Shown here piece after piece: positions 1-16,095 of a stretch of DNA of 64,000 nucleotides. The stretch lies in assembly GCF_009914755.1 (NCBI RefSeq), contig NC_060940.1; one strand, written 5' to 3'. Position numbers and translations under genes: made by a program. Origin of the DNA: the human T2T-CHM13v2.0 reference genome, Homo sapiens. The notes under the pieces were generated by a model. It was not told the origin of the DNA, ran no database searches, and was given only the letters and a program-made list of their open reading frames with translations. How positions within the stretch are numbered: the stretch's first letter is position 1; each line of letters begins with the position of its first letter.

Positions 1-53
1 GCCTCAGCCTCCCAAAGTGCTGGGATTACAGGCGTGAGCCACTCTGCCCGGTC
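1..53 (-). mobile_element. Alu 5' end (truncated by window edge)
   Basis: gcctcccaaagtgctgggattacaggcgtgagccac. Confidence 0.9.
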
Positions 54-657
54 TTGCTTCACATTTCTTCTGACTTGACTTTACCTCTACAGAACCTCAA
101 AACCCAGGGCAACCGGAACAGAGACCAAGAGACTAAATGTCCCTGAAAGAGGAAGGGCTCATTAGAAAGGCCACCTCCTCAAAGGTGGCCACTGAGACTC
201 AGGACATTTTCATGCACTTTAAATGGGTCACGGTCCCAGAACAGACCCACCTGAGGACAAGTGCAATGGGAATCACGGCTCTTGCTCTTGATGTGTCCGG
301 GTGCTTTTCTGGCCTGTGCGCAGCCCTTTTGGGGGCCCAGCATGACTCAGCCCAGTCCACAGGGAAGCCTAGTGGTGGGGGATGCATCATCCCTTTCTGC
401 TTACATTACCTTCTGTGGCCCATTTAAGAGGCTCTTCACTTTCTTTAATAAAATATGCTAAGAACCTAAGGGATTTTCTAGTTTTTCCTTTTAGAACCAG
501 GTTAGGCACAACAGGCTCTGACATCTTTTGAATCTTCCAACCCAAATTATTTATCTGCCACCAATTTCCCTGAGATCTAGGCCAATGAAAAGGGAGGGAG
601 AAATGGAAGCAGAGGACAAGAGAAGGGTAGAAAATGCTACTAGGGAACATGTCAGTA

Positions 658-1014
658 CAAGGCGAGCATCCCAAATCCAAAAATCCGAAATCTGAAGTCC
701 TCCAAAACCAGAAACTTTTAAAGCACTGACAAGACACAAGTGGAAAATTCCACACCTGATATCTTTGCTTTCTGATGGTTCAATGTACACAAACTTTGTT
801 TCAAGCACAAAATTATTTAAAATACTGCATAAAATTACCTCCAGGCTTTGTGTATAAGGTACATATAAAACAAATGGATTCTGTGTTTGTTTAAACTTGG
901 GTCCCATCCCCAAGATTGCTGATGACGTAAAAGCAAATATTTCAAAATTGAAAAAGGTCTGAAATCTAAAACACTTCCAGTCCCAAGCATTTCAGATAAG
1001 GGATATTCAACCTG
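658..1014. mobile_element. Tigger4-derived (Zombi/MER46-type, Tigger4b-like) non-autonomous DNA transposon
   Basis: TIR-like ends caaggcgagcatccc ... gggatattcaacctg flanked by TA/TA; internal aacacttccagtcccaagcatttcagataaggg. Confidence 0.8.
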
Positions 1015-2039
1015 TATCTGGGAACCCACCCTGCAGGAGGACAGAGGGCCTTTGAGGGTGGTAAGGCCCAATGGAGTGCTGACCCGACGTAGTCACCCTG
1101 GCTGAAGTCCCTGAGATGCCTCCTGCACCGCTGGTCAGGAAGAGGGAGAGCACATGGAAGTGCAGGGAAATCTGAGGCAGTCACTGAGGACACTCCAAAG
1201 CTGCATTACTATCATGCTGCCCAGACAAAGCCAGCATTCTGTTCCCCAAGTGAGCATTCAAGGCAGCACAGACACAGGACAAAAAGTGGGTAAATGCATT
1301 TTCCAACACCACAAAGCATGGGCTACGGCAGCACTCCGAGGCTAGAATAAAGCTCTGGGAATGATGTACAGAGATACAGACTTTGCTGCCTCGAGAAATG
1401 CAGTTGAAAGAAGCAGTTTGCCCAATAGTACACCTCCCCCCTTCAGGAGGATTTAACTTGCAAACATCTCAAGGGTTAGACTGGAAGGGCGGTTTCTAAT
1501 TAAGTTTCTTCTCCACTGCCTTCTTCCCCTATCACCTCCAGGTTGTGCTGGTTCTGAAAGAGTGACCCTGAGGAGTCATGAAAATATATTTTTTTGGAGA
1601 AAGAAAATTATTTTCTTCAGTCCCTCCTTCATGCCGCTCCAACTCACAAAAACACCTGGTCTCCAATTGTAACCTTCAATTGATTGATCAGACAGCAGCA
1701 GCTGGGACTAGCCAGTGTTTCTCTTCTCTATGCATGGATTCCTCCCCTTAAGTCAGTTGGCCCCCGCCTTAGCACTGCTAGATGCCAAGCTGCTGCTGCT
1801 GATCACCACCAAGAAACCTGTGTAATGGGTTACAGGACTGCAGGGCTGATCCTGGAATGCTGTACTGGGCCCTGGGAGTCTGGAGCTCAGAGGAAAAGCA
1901 GCAATTCTTTGCTGGACAAATGACTGTCTCCGGTACAGGCACTTCAACCAACTCTGCTGACTGAAATGACTCCTGGATGGAAACATCATTCTGACGTATT
2001 ATGCTCTTCTTTTCTGGGTGATTAATTCTAATCCTACTT

Positions 2040-2383
<344 letters not shown>

Positions 2384-2399
2384 CTATCTGCTAGCTAGT

Positions 2400-3720
<1,321 letters not shown>

Positions 3721-4274
3721 GAAAATATTCCTGAAGAGTGGGCAGGAACACATCAGGAAGAAACTTAAAGGAATAAAGCATCTAGCTTTCCAGTAAGGCC
3801 TGAGGCATGGTGAGGTCAGTAATGGCAGGTGGGAGAAAGAAAAGCGAGCACAGGACTCATGGAAAAGGGAGAAGACTGCTATTGATAAACATGCCCGGCC
3901 TTTCTTCTACTTATTTAATTCCCACAATAATCACGAGAGGTATATTAAAATGTTTCTACTTTATATATGAAGAAAATGGGGCTAGTACCTATGGTATGGG
4001 AAGAGCCAAGATTTGAATTGTTTATTGTAAAACATAATATACATACAGAAGAGTGCATGAACTGGGCAAGGGCAATGAATCATTATAAAACAAGTGCTCG
4101 CATGGCTCTGACTTGGTTAGAAGTAGAAGGCTGGAGCGTCGAGGAGGTGCCTGTATAATTCTTCCCCAAAAACCTGCAGCCTACTCAGGTGACAGCCTGC
4201 CCAGAGCCTGTGTCTGTGTCTTCATTTCCTTGCTTTAAGTTTCTTCTTTCTCAACATTAGAGTTTTGTTGTGTC

Positions 4275-4385
4275 TTTTTTTTTTTTTTTTTTTTTTTTTT
4301 TGGTAAAGAGACAGGGTCTTTCTCTGTTGTCCAGGCTGGAGTGCAGTGAGTAGCTGGGACTATGGGTGCATGTCACTGTACCTGT
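4275..4385 (-). mobile_element. Internally deleted Alu fragment with poly-T
   Basis: T-run then gagacagggtct...ccaggctggagtgcagtgagtagctgggacta. Confidence 0.8.
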
Positions 4386-4417
4386 CTTATGCCTCTAGAA
4401 TTTTGAACCTGTGGTCT

Positions 4418-4598
4418 AGTGATTCTCAACCTTGGCTGTGCATGAGAATCACCTGAGAAGTAAAATTTAAAGATGCAGATATTTGTGACCTACCTGTTCT
4501 AGACTCTTGATTCAGCAGCTCTGTACAGAGGTGGTCACCTGAACTTTGGAAAATGTCACCAGAGGATTCTCATGCTCAGCCAAGGTGAAGAACAGAGC
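4418..4598. mobile_element. MER5-family hAT-Charlie MITE
   Basis: tagtgattctcaaccttggctg...gaatcacctg ... gattctcatgctcagccaagg (internal inverted symmetry). Confidence 0.7.
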
Positions 4599-4984
4599 TC
4601 CAGTCCCTTCACTGGCCTAGGGGCTGGGCTCCTTTAATCCATCTGCAGGAGCCAGAAAAGGAGAGTGAGTGGAGATGTGGGGCTGGGCACTTAAGAAGGC
4701 AGATGAGAAGGGCTGAGGCAGAGCACAGAGCCAGTAGATCTGCACTGGAAACATGCAGTCACATCTGTGGAATCTGGCTGGGCGAATGAGGGGAGAAGCC
4801 TCAAGCAAAGGAGGGAAAAGCAGAGCATAAAGGAGGATGGTATTAGTTAGTTGTTCCCTAACCCAGTTATGTGACTTTCCACTGCCTGAAAAGTTCTCAC
4901 TAGGCAGATGTTCTTTTTAATCTTGTTTTCCCTTCCAGTCTACATTTTGTTAACTCTTCCTATCTTTAACAGCACCATTCCTTA

Positions 4985-5285
4985 CTTTTTTTTTAATTGA
5001 AAATTTTTATTGTTTGGGCCAGGGTCTCACTCTTTCACCCAAGCTGAAATGCACTGGTGCGATCAGAGCTCACTGCAGCCTCAATCTTCTGGAGGTGAGC
5101 AATCCTCACACTTCAGCCTCCCAAGTAACTGGGACTACAGGTGTGCACCACGTCCAACTAATGTTTTTGATTTTTAGTAGAGGCAAGGTCTTGCTATGTT
5201 GCCCAGGCTGGTCCTGAGCTCAAGCAGTCCTCCTGCCTTGGCCTCCCAAAGTGCTGGGATTGCAGGAGGGAGCCACTGCTCCCAA
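4985..5285 (-). mobile_element. AluJ
   Basis: Diverged dimer, TSD tccttactttt. Confidence 0.85.
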
Positions 5286-5608
5286 CACTCCTTACTTTTC
5301 TAAGACCTCTATTAACTCAAGCAGAGTGAACACTGTCCAACTCATATAATCAATATTCAGAGAAGCAATAATGTGTAGCACACGCTGATAGTTCCTCTGC
5401 TGTCTCAGATCACTGTGCAAGAGTGGAGAACAGGACAGAGCTGCGAGTTACTGGAGCTGAATCTGAATGGAGAGGTTTGGGGCGCATGTCAGAGCTACCA
5501 CTCGTGAAGAGACAACAGTGCACTTCATCCGGAGTCTTCCCCTGATCACTCTGGCCCCCTCTCCCTGTCCTGTAGCATTCCAGCTTAGGCTGATCTAGAA
5601 GTCTGCTA

Positions 5609-6222
<614 letters not shown>

Positions 6223-6307
6223 TCATTTAGATAATCTTGAAGCCTAATTTAGAAATATGACCCCCCCCCCCCAATAAATCCTTTGTCTATCATTAATAAA
6301 CTGAATG

Positions 6308-6433
6308 AGCTGGGTGCAGGGGTGTGCCCCTGTAGTCCTAGCTACATAGGAGGCCGAGGCAGGAGGATCGTTTGAGCCCAAAAGTTTGAGACCAGCCTGG
6401 GCAACATAGTGAGACCCTGTCTCTTAAAAAAAA
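6308..6433 (+). mobile_element. FLAM-type Alu monomer
   Basis: Single arm with A-tail, TSD-like aactgaatga/aacttgaatga. Confidence 0.8.
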
Positions 6434-6459
6434 CTTGAATGACTTGGACTTAATGCAAG

Positions 6460-6620
6460 CCTTTATGTGACAGGTGTTCTGTAAAGTGCTTTATGTATAT
6501 TACATATACGTAAGCAATACATATATTATCTCATGAGATCATCACAACCACATAGTGAGGATGGTATCGTTATCCCAGTTTTATTGGTAAAGGAGCTGAG
6601 CCTCAGAGGTGTCCAGTATG
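6460..6620 (-). mobile_element. MIR fragment
   Basis: gttatcccagttttattggtaaaggagctgagcctcagaggt resembles the MIR core. Confidence 0.6.
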
Positions 6621-6765
6621 CTGGTGGAGAAGAGCTTACTGGTAAGAAGCAGAGCTGCCGAGCAGCCAGGGCTCTCTGGTGGGACACTCAACATTTCCTT
6701 TCATGGCTAGGGGTGAGGACTGTTGATTTTGAGCCATGAAGCCACTTCTGTGGTAACTTCCTTAG

Positions 6766-7127
<362 letters not shown>

Positions 7128-7782
7128 CCATTTCTTTCTTGATTTTTTGTTTAATCACCAGTAAGACAAATATGACAAGGAAAGGACCCTTTTTACAACT
7201 GAATACGTAGGTTATGAACATTCTCTTTGTATTCCACAGCGAAGAGAAAGAGGTGCAAGTGATGGCCTGGGGTGCTGTCTGAGGGCCTGGCCTATCACAC
7301 AGGCTATAGCCAAGGGTAAAGCCCCACCCCAGGCCATAATGACACAGACAAAAAAAAATTCACAATAATGCAACATCTAGGCATTCCATTGGCTCAGTTT
7401 TTGACGGATCTGAACTAGTTTGGTTTCTCAGAAGGACAAATGATTCAGATAAGGCCAAGGCTGCTACCACAGGCCAGATCCAACCACTAGGCAACTTACA
7501 GTTCACTGGAGCTGTAATTCAGCAAATTCAGCTTGGCAGATGTGACTGGCCCCTGAGAGTACTCCTCACATGCCCCGCCTTCCCTCCACCCGCAGTGGCC
7601 TTCCCAGTGACAGGCCCTGCCCCACACTGGAACAGAGACTTACTGACAAACCAAAGTGCTCACATTTTTAGTTCCATCATGAAAAGCTCCTGCTTGCTTA
7701 CAGTGGGCAGTTTGTTTCCAATAAATCATTTGATTTCAGGGTTCTGAGGATTTTCCAAGGCATAAAACCTACTCCTTCTTAC

Positions 7783-7941
7783 CCCTCTTTCCCTCGATTA
7801 TGGATGGCCAGTTCTTCACCAATCCCCTCTTCCTCCTTGAAGCTCTCCCAGTCCAGTTTGGACTTCTCAAGGGTGCTCATTTTCTGCTTCTTGGCACCAA
7901 TTTTCCCCAAAAGGCTGCTCATGCCACTTGATCTTTTTAAC
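7783..7941 (-). CDS. CFDP1: CFDP1 (craniofacial development protein 1 / BCNT) penultimate coding exon (exon 6 in the usual 7-exon model), N-terminal part of the BCNT-C domain
   Basis: The minus strand reads tttccttag|G TTA AAA AGA TCA AGT GGC ATG ... CGA GGG AAA GAG GG|gtaag. The exon is 159 nt, phase 2-2, with no stop. The peptide [52 protein letters not shown] contains the BCNT-C signature [10 protein letters not shown]. Exon number is from memory. Confidence 0.97.
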
Positions 7942-8224
7942 CTAAGGAAAGAAAATATGAAAGATGTAGCAGGTAAAAACTCTGATCTCTAGATTAACAG
8001 TTTTTCTGATGCAAATGGGAATCCCCTAGATTGGGGCCATTTATCTTAGTGGAAGCCATGTTCATATTTGGGGCATTTCCTTCCTGGTGTGGAGAGCACT
8101 GTAAGTAAACTGGAATTCTAATGTGCTTTTCCTGCTTAACACCACTGTCTGCTCTCCTGAGCTACGAACAGGAAATCCTGCCTTCTTCAGACCTCTGTGG
8201 GCTCTGTGTGGCAGGTCTCTGCTT

Positions 8225-8440
8225 GCAAGGAGGGGAGGAGCAGCGCTTCAGGCAGGGCTTTGGAGTCACATGCCAAGGTCCAACTTCCAGCTTAACTGTG
8301 TGACTCTAGGCCAGTTATTTACTGCATGTTCCTTGGTTTCCTAATCTACAAAGCAAATGCTTACTCACAGGCTGTGGTGTATCTTACACGTAAAGGGCTA
8401 AAACAGCACTTGGCACAGCGTCAAGGTGCAATAAGCATGA
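8225..8440 (+). mobile_element. MIR
   Basis: ggctttggagtcac...cagcttaactgtgtgactctaggccagtt...aacagcacttggcacag. Confidence 0.7.
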
Positions 8441-9329
8441 GCCACTCTGAGTCACTGTCATCGTTTAAGCTTAAAGCCCCAGGGGGTTCTTTTAAGAGAA
8501 AGAGAACCAGTTCCCAACACTGATGAGTGAAAAGTCACAGTACTGTAAGAGGGTTCTAAAATCAGTTTCCTTTTAACTCCTGTGAGTTGGGCCCTGTTTT
8601 TTCCAGGAGGTGGAGAACATTCCTCACTCCGAAAGCTCACACGGGGAATGTACAGCCTGTGCTCCACTTGCTGGTGATGCTATCATGGACAGTGGGAGAA
8701 ACCCCAGATGCCCAAATTCAAGTCTTGGCAGGTCAAATGTTTCCAGTCATTGTTAAACATATGAAATAAAATAAGAAAAGCAAAATGCAGTTAAGATGGT
8801 ATGAGGAAAGGTTTGGTCTCTTTATGAAATGAAACGAAATCATCTACCAGCATGTAGGAACTTGGAAGTTATTTTCCGCCTCACGGGGATATGCAAGAAA
8901 GTTAAACATTTAAAAACTATGAGCTAATGTCACATGGTCTACTGATAATAATACCTTTACTTGTCTAGAATGTTTGTTCTCCAAGTGCTTTTGTAGCCAT
9001 GATCTCATCTAACTCTCACTAAGGCCTGTGACACAGGACCCAGTCTCAGAGTTGGAAGGGATCATCTTTGAAATAACCTAGTATCACCCTATCCCATTCT
9101 GAAACCCCACGTCCCTGCCGCAAAGCAGCGTGAACGACTACTCACCCCCTCTGCCTGGTGTGAGCCAACAGGCCAACGTCCACACTGAACACCAGACTGC
9201 TGGGACTGAACAATGACCCTGAACATTCTCATTCTATTAACTTTAGTAGAGAGGATGTCAACTTCCCTGTTTGGGTCACACCCCAGTACATGCTGAGCTT
9301 AAGATCAACTCAGAATGGGCTGGGCAAGC

Positions 9330-9480
9330 TTCATCATCCTTGTATTAAGTTGGACAAATAAACAAAGTTCAGAGAGGTTAAATGATAAAACAAGGGTCAA
9401 AACAATAGACAATGCAGATCCGGGACAAAGGAAGATCTCTCCCAACTCTCAGGGTGGTGCACTGTGCTATCTCGCCTCCA
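9330..9480 (-). mobile_element. MIR fragment
   Basis: aaacaaagttcagagaggttaaatga. Confidence 0.5.
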
Positions 9481-9636
9481 GATGAGAAGTGACTTGAGAG
9501 ATTTTCTCATTAGTTACTTTACTTCCCAGTTTGCTTAAGAGAACTCCAAATAGCTCCTTATGAGCTTTCAATTCATATCTTCTAAGCACTGTTTTCCAGA
9601 CAACTCAACCCCTACAATGTCATATGTGCGCGTGAT

Positions 9637-9668
<32 letters not shown>

Positions 9669-9675
9669 CACACAC
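9637..9675. repeat. (CA)n microsatellite
   Basis: Seen directly, one CG interruption. Confidence 0.95.
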
Positions 9676-9959
9676 TTTCTTTTTCACCATTTTACCAGGA
9701 ACGGAGCATGAGTGGGGATATGGAAACTTACTGTGTCTCAAATCTTTTTCCTTCTCATCTTCCTTACTGCTACTGCCCGAATTCTCATTCTTATATCACC
9801 TGGATAATTGAACAGCCTCTTTACTGGTCTCCCTGACCTGTTTTTCCCCATCCTCACTCAGTGGCCCTATCCTGGTATCTAGTGACATGCTGTAATTAGA
9901 CTGAATTTTCCAAAACACAAAGCTTAGCATGTCTTTCTGCTTAAATGTCTCTTCACTGA

Positions 9960-10275
<316 letters not shown>

Positions 10276-10329
10276 CCACTGACCCCTTTTTAAAACATAA
10301 TAATTAAAATAAATTTTTATGTATTTACT

Positions 10330-10618
10330 TTTTTAGAGACAGGTTCTCACTCTGTTACCCAGGCTAGAGTACACCAGTGAAACCACAGCTTACTACAGCC
10401 TCAACCTCCCTGGGTCAAGTGATCCTCCCACCTCAGTCTCCTGAGGTGCAGAGACTACAGGTGTGTGCCACCACGTTCAACTATCTTTTTTATGTTTTGT
10501 AGAGACAGGGTCTTGCTATGTTGCCCAAGGCTGGTATCAAACTCTTGGACTCAAGCAATCCTCCTGCCTTGGCCTCCCGAAGTACTGGGATTATAGGCAC
10601 AAGCCACCATATTAAGCC
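10330..10618 (-). mobile_element. AluJ
   Basis: Diverged dimer. Confidence 0.85.
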
Positions 10619-10764
10619 TTATCTCAGCTTTAAAACCACTTCCTCCAGGAAGCCTTCCCTAACCTCTAGATTAGGTGTCCCTGGTGGTATTTCTATCATA
10701 CCAGTTCTTTTCATATGGGAACACTGATCTTTTCTTTAGATGCTTGTGAACTCTTATTTCAGCT

Positions 10765-11198
10765 GCAGCTGCACTAGATGGTTCTGGGCAAGTGCAGACT
10801 CACTGTTGACAACACCCCACCAAAAGCATACGCATGAGGACTTTCCATTTCTGGCTGCAGGGTCTCCTCTGAGCCTGCCTGCATGCCACAAGTACTGCCT
10901 GGACAGGTGGTGGAGCTCAAGCCATTGGGGCTAGCCTGAAGGAACACAAAAGCTGGTGGTTAAACGGCCAGCCTCCTACCCTCACAAGGTAGCTATAGGA
11001 GGTGGAATGCTTCTCAGAAGTTCTGGTGGCATCAAGCCCTCGTGGCCTTGGAATTGTACTCTTATATTGACTTTTCCTCCTTCCTTGTCTCATTCTTTCC
11101 ACCACTCACACCTGCTTCCTGGGATCACTTCCCAAATAAACTCCCTGCACTCAAAATCCTTGTCTTATGTTCTGCTTTGAGGGGACTCTAACTAAGGA
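10765..11198 (+). mobile_element. LTR16-family (ERVL) solo LTR
   Basis: 3' end ctgcttcctgggatcacttcccaaataaactccctgcactcaaaatccttgtct...gggactctaactaag is typical of LTR16. Confidence 0.7.
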
Positions 11199-12299
11199 TT
11201 TTAGGAGAAAAATTATTTTCCTCGTGTAATCTTTATCTTTCTGTGGCTATTTAAGTTCCTGTGTCTCCAAACCTCTCTACCCATTGATAGAGTTCTGTGA
11301 ACAGTGAGCACTCAATTAAGTCAACAACGTCACCTGGATTACAGAACCAATTCATGGAAGAGAATCAGATATTCGCAGAACTAAGTATTCTTTAGAGCGC
11401 TTCTACACTGGAGATTTTAAGGGGAACAATTCACTTTTATTCTCCCATCAGCTCTCAACAGCCCAAGGTTCCCCATTTAATTTGGGCAGCACCACAAGCT
11501 ATGTACGCCACCTCTCCCCTTCAGCCTACAGCTCCAGTGGTATTCCTGGGTGAGGCCATCTTATTGACGAATTACTTTGAGAAGTCTATGAGAAACTTGA
11601 TTTTTTGATGCACAGCAGTGAGGTTTCCAGAAAAGGAAAAAAACCATAATACCCCTTTGCCTTGCTCACCATTAAACATCAGTAAAATGTCACCTGTGCT
11701 ATTATGTTTTTGGGGAAGGCTTCCAACTCTCCTTTCACTGGGTCATTAACAAGGTGTAAGATGTCCTAATGTGATAGTCTCTAAAGCAAAATGATCTGTC
11801 TTTTATTTGAGGCTAAATCAAAGTGAATGACACACTGATAGCAGCAGCCAGAACACACAGGGGGCTCATGATAACCAGGAGACCAGCAGCTTCTTCCTAG
11901 AACCTGTTTGTGGGCTCCCTCAGGGTTCTGAGCCCTCCCACTCACTCTCCCACCCTGAGAGGGGTTTCAGTGTCCTAATCCTGGTGTCATTTCAGCACAG
12001 CTTTCAGAAAGGCAGATTTACTGTGACCTTGCCGCTTTCTCTGCCACAAAGGTACATCAACCAGGCTTTCAGGAAGCCGAGGCGGGAGAGAATCAGTCTC
12101 TGGGCAGGGGGCGCTGACCCTATTCTGAGAAAGAACACAGAAAAGCCTACTTCAGCCACGCACCTCCGAGAACTATGGCTAGCAGGGGACAAATCAGCAC
12201 TGGCTCTCCAGGCATCTGGCAGCTGTGTATATTGGAAAACTGTAGAATGGGGAAGTCAGAATTCCCTTGGAGATTTGTTTTCATCAAGAACCAATCCAA

Positions 12300-12655
<356 letters not shown>

Positions 12656-13629
12656 CTAAGCCATAGGGCAAGGTACTGCCAGAAAGTCTGCTTTAACAGA
12701 CCACTCTCCAGACAACAGTACTTCATTGAGTCAAGAGACTCCTCACCCACCTGTTGCAAGTCAAAGTTCAAAGAAATGCACCATGCACTTGCTCACCCAG
12801 ATTACATCCCAAATGTTACGCTGAGGCATTCTGGAATGTTATTACCAAGATGTTTCCAATGTCACAATGACATTGCAACCACCTCCTCCTGAACATCACA
12901 TGACTTTGTTGACCTTACTACCATAAATTTGATGTAAAGACTAATACTGTTCAAGGAGTGTGGACTTTGCTCTCACCAGCCAGCTTCCATGCCATAAGAG
13001 AGAGTGGCTGAGTGCAGCTCATACTGGTGAAAGAGACACTTATTTTCCAAGCTTATCTTTCTTGCATATTTTGTTCAGTTATCCATCAATCAGCAATTAT
13101 CAACTCCCTTCCCACCATGCCAAACCAAGACCTATCATAACACCAGACACCAACCAAGACCTTGATTAAGAAACTCAGAAAAGTAAAAGAGACACAGAAT
13201 GTAAAATGACAAGTCATCTTTTTCTTTTCTAGGTTCAAAGTTTATAATGATAATTTTCTAGAACTTATTCTGCTTCTCTTTAGCAAAAGAAATGTAATTT
13301 TAACAAAAATGTCATTGTAACTAAACAATAAACTTCATTCTGTTGAGTCTGTCACAGAGATATTATGGTAACTTGTTTACTTTGTTCCATGTCCACCAGC
13401 ATTGACTTGGATTTGTCCAACCGATTTATTTTGTAGCAAGAGCACTGTTCTATCTGACCACCCTCAGCAATGCCCGGGATCCTGCTGTTTGTTTAAAAGA
13501 GGTACTGGAAAGGAGCTGGGAGAGTAACTTGCCAAGTGGAAAGGCTGACAGGGCTTACCAACTGTTTGTGAAGGATGGTAGAAGATCTTTCCCGGAGATC
13601 TTTAAAATCATCCCCAGGTACCCAGCTGT

Positions 13630-13990
13630 TTCACAGAATAGAATTTTAGGTTTGGAAAGGAATTCAGAGTCATTCATTCATTGCATTCATTCAACAGAGA
13701 TTACTGAGAACTTACTCTCTACCAGACACTGTGCTCAGAATGGGGATATAAAAATATACAAAGCTTAATTTTCGGCTTCAAAACAAAAATCTAGTGGAGG
13801 ACAGATCAACATACAGGCAAACTGTAACCACATATTATGAGGGCACAAAAGAAGAGCTGAAGGGATGTTTAGTCCAACCTCCTTATTTTATAGATCAGTC
13901 AACTAAACTCCAAAAGGTTAAGAAACCTGCCCAAGTTTATAGCAGGAGACTTGGGGTTAGTACTCAGTGCTTTTGATGCCCAGACTACTG
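13630..13990 (-). mobile_element. Interleaved MIR and L2 3'-end fragments
   Basis: cattcattcaacagagattactgag...accagacactgtgct (L2 tail); agtccaacctccttattttatagat (MIR). Confidence 0.55.
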
Positions 13991-14024
13991 TCTTTTCCAC
14001 CTTGCTTGGTGCTAGATTTAAGTC

Positions 14025-14197
14025 CAAGTAGCTGGGACTATAGACATATGTCACCAAACCCAGATAATTTAAAAAACGTCTTTGTACAGACAGGGATCTT
14101 GCTATTTTGCCCAGGCTGGTCTCGAACTCCTGGCCTCAATCATCCCACTTTGGCCTCTCAAAGTGCTGGGATTACAGGTGTGAGCCACTATGCCCAA
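14025..14197 (-). mobile_element. Partial Alu (left arm plus start of right arm)
   Basis: caaagtgctgggattacaggtgtgagccac. Confidence 0.8.
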
Positions 14198-14531
14198 TCT
14201 ACTACATTTTTAATGTACTAAATCCTCATTATTTGACAATGGACTTACCCAAACACTTTTTCTCATAACAAAATATTCAACACTACACTTGAACTGACAG
14301 ACCAGTACCAAAAGTGGACCAGCAAGGATAGGGTTAACATGTGTACAGAAGCACCACTGATCTTTAATCCAAACTTCAACACGTGAAGGCTGGATTAAGT
14401 CTATGCCTTCCATCTAATAGCCTGCATAATCACTAAAATGCAACTTATTTGGAACAAAAATTCTTTGGCAGAGATATGCAGTTTCCTTAGTATTTGTCAT
14501 CTGCTTACAATGTAGGAATGGACCTTTACAA

Positions 14532-14665
14532 TTTTTTTTTTTTTTTTTTCAAGAAAGAGTCTTGCTATGTTGCCCAGACTGGCCCCGAACTCCTGGGCTC
14601 AAGCAATCCTCCTGCCTCAGCTTCCTAAGTAGCCGGGACTATAGGCTCATACAATTGCATCCATC
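14532..14665 (-). mobile_element. FLAM-type Alu monomer
   Basis: T-run then gagtcttgctatgttgcccag...ctcctgggctcaagcaatcctcc. Confidence 0.8.
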
Positions 14666-16095
14666 AGGAATTTTTGTAGCTCATTCATGAACTATTAATA
14701 TTGTCCAGAGCCACGGAAGGTCTGACACTGGCCTGGAACTCTCTGAGAAACAGGATGAAAGCAAGCTTATGAAGATAATTCTTCGTTGAGGGCTGTCTGT
14801 CTTGAACCAACGTTTCTCTTTCGCATTTTCTCTGGAGTTAGCTAAAATCCGTAAGGCTAAAAAGTACAACTCAAATCCCTGGGCAAATTTCACTACTCAC
14901 CTGTATAAATCTCTAAGTAATCTCCCCAAAGCCCAAGATTAGACCCCTCAAGGAAATGGACTGGAAGCCACTGATGGCATATTAGGGAGCTAGTTTAACT
15001 CCCATTCACTTCTCAACACTGTATTGACAGTACTCTATGGGACAACGGCCTCAGGAAAGCAGAAAACCAGAAGTATGACAAGAAGTTCCAAAGATTTTTA
15101 AACCTTTTGTGGCTTGAAAAATTGTCAGTACTTTTAAATCTATTAATAAAGTTGATAACAGTGCCAGCAAAAAAAGTGCCATCTATCAGCAAAAGGCAAA
15201 AAGAAAAGCTGGCAAGTAGCAACAGCTTTACCTTTTTTTTATACAAATAGAAAATGATTTATTCCTCAGTTCTATTGTTCTTTGCTAAGCCAATAATGAA
15301 GGGCACTTACATTTGTCTGATCTGATTTCAGCTGCTCTACATCTTTATAACGTGTGTCTAAAACATACCTATTTTAGTGATAGAAGTCCTGAATTCTAGT
15401 ATCTCCAGAAACATATTACAGAAAGCCCTTGCCAACCCTTTCTTCCATGTGTTGTTGAGCAGAGGTGTGTTTTGCCCTGTTCTGGCCTCTCAGCTGACTG
15501 TCAGGGAGAACTAAGAAATTTTAGCTGACTTTGGTGCTATTTAAATGAAGAGCTCTTCCTATATAAGACACCACCATCCATTTGTAATTACTAAGACATG
15601 GACTGTTTTCCCAAAAGCAGTAGAGGTACTCTAAATGCACAGACTCCTGGTGTCTATTATAATCAAGGACATTCATTCTGAGAATGTCAGATGGGTATAG
15701 GGGCTCTGAAGTGACAGTGAAATGGACTTTTTCTCTGGGACAAGCTAACTGACCTGCTGGGCAGTCTCAGTACTAGCACCAAGAGAAAGCTAACATTCTT
15801 CTCTGTGAATAACAGTCCTTTACTGGTCTATTGTTCCAATGCAACCAGCCAACTCAGTGGCTTTGTGTCTCTTGCCACAAAGAGTAACGTGTTGTTTGTG
15901 TTTATTACTCTGCTTACTTCAGACCTTTCAGAGAAGCTCTACGTTTGATAAGTGTTAGGAAAGTGCAGATCCTCTTCCACACCCTTCCTTGGTGCACGTA
16001 AAACATCTGTGGTGCTTGGTTCGTGCATATAATGCAGAGAGAAATGCTGCAGGAAGATGTAAAAGAACTTGTGCTACCAGGTAGGCATGTGAGAG

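Noticed and set aside
7804-7992. 62-aa plus-strand ORF over the exon
   Set aside because: It is the antisense shadow of the CFDP1 exon, with no independent support.
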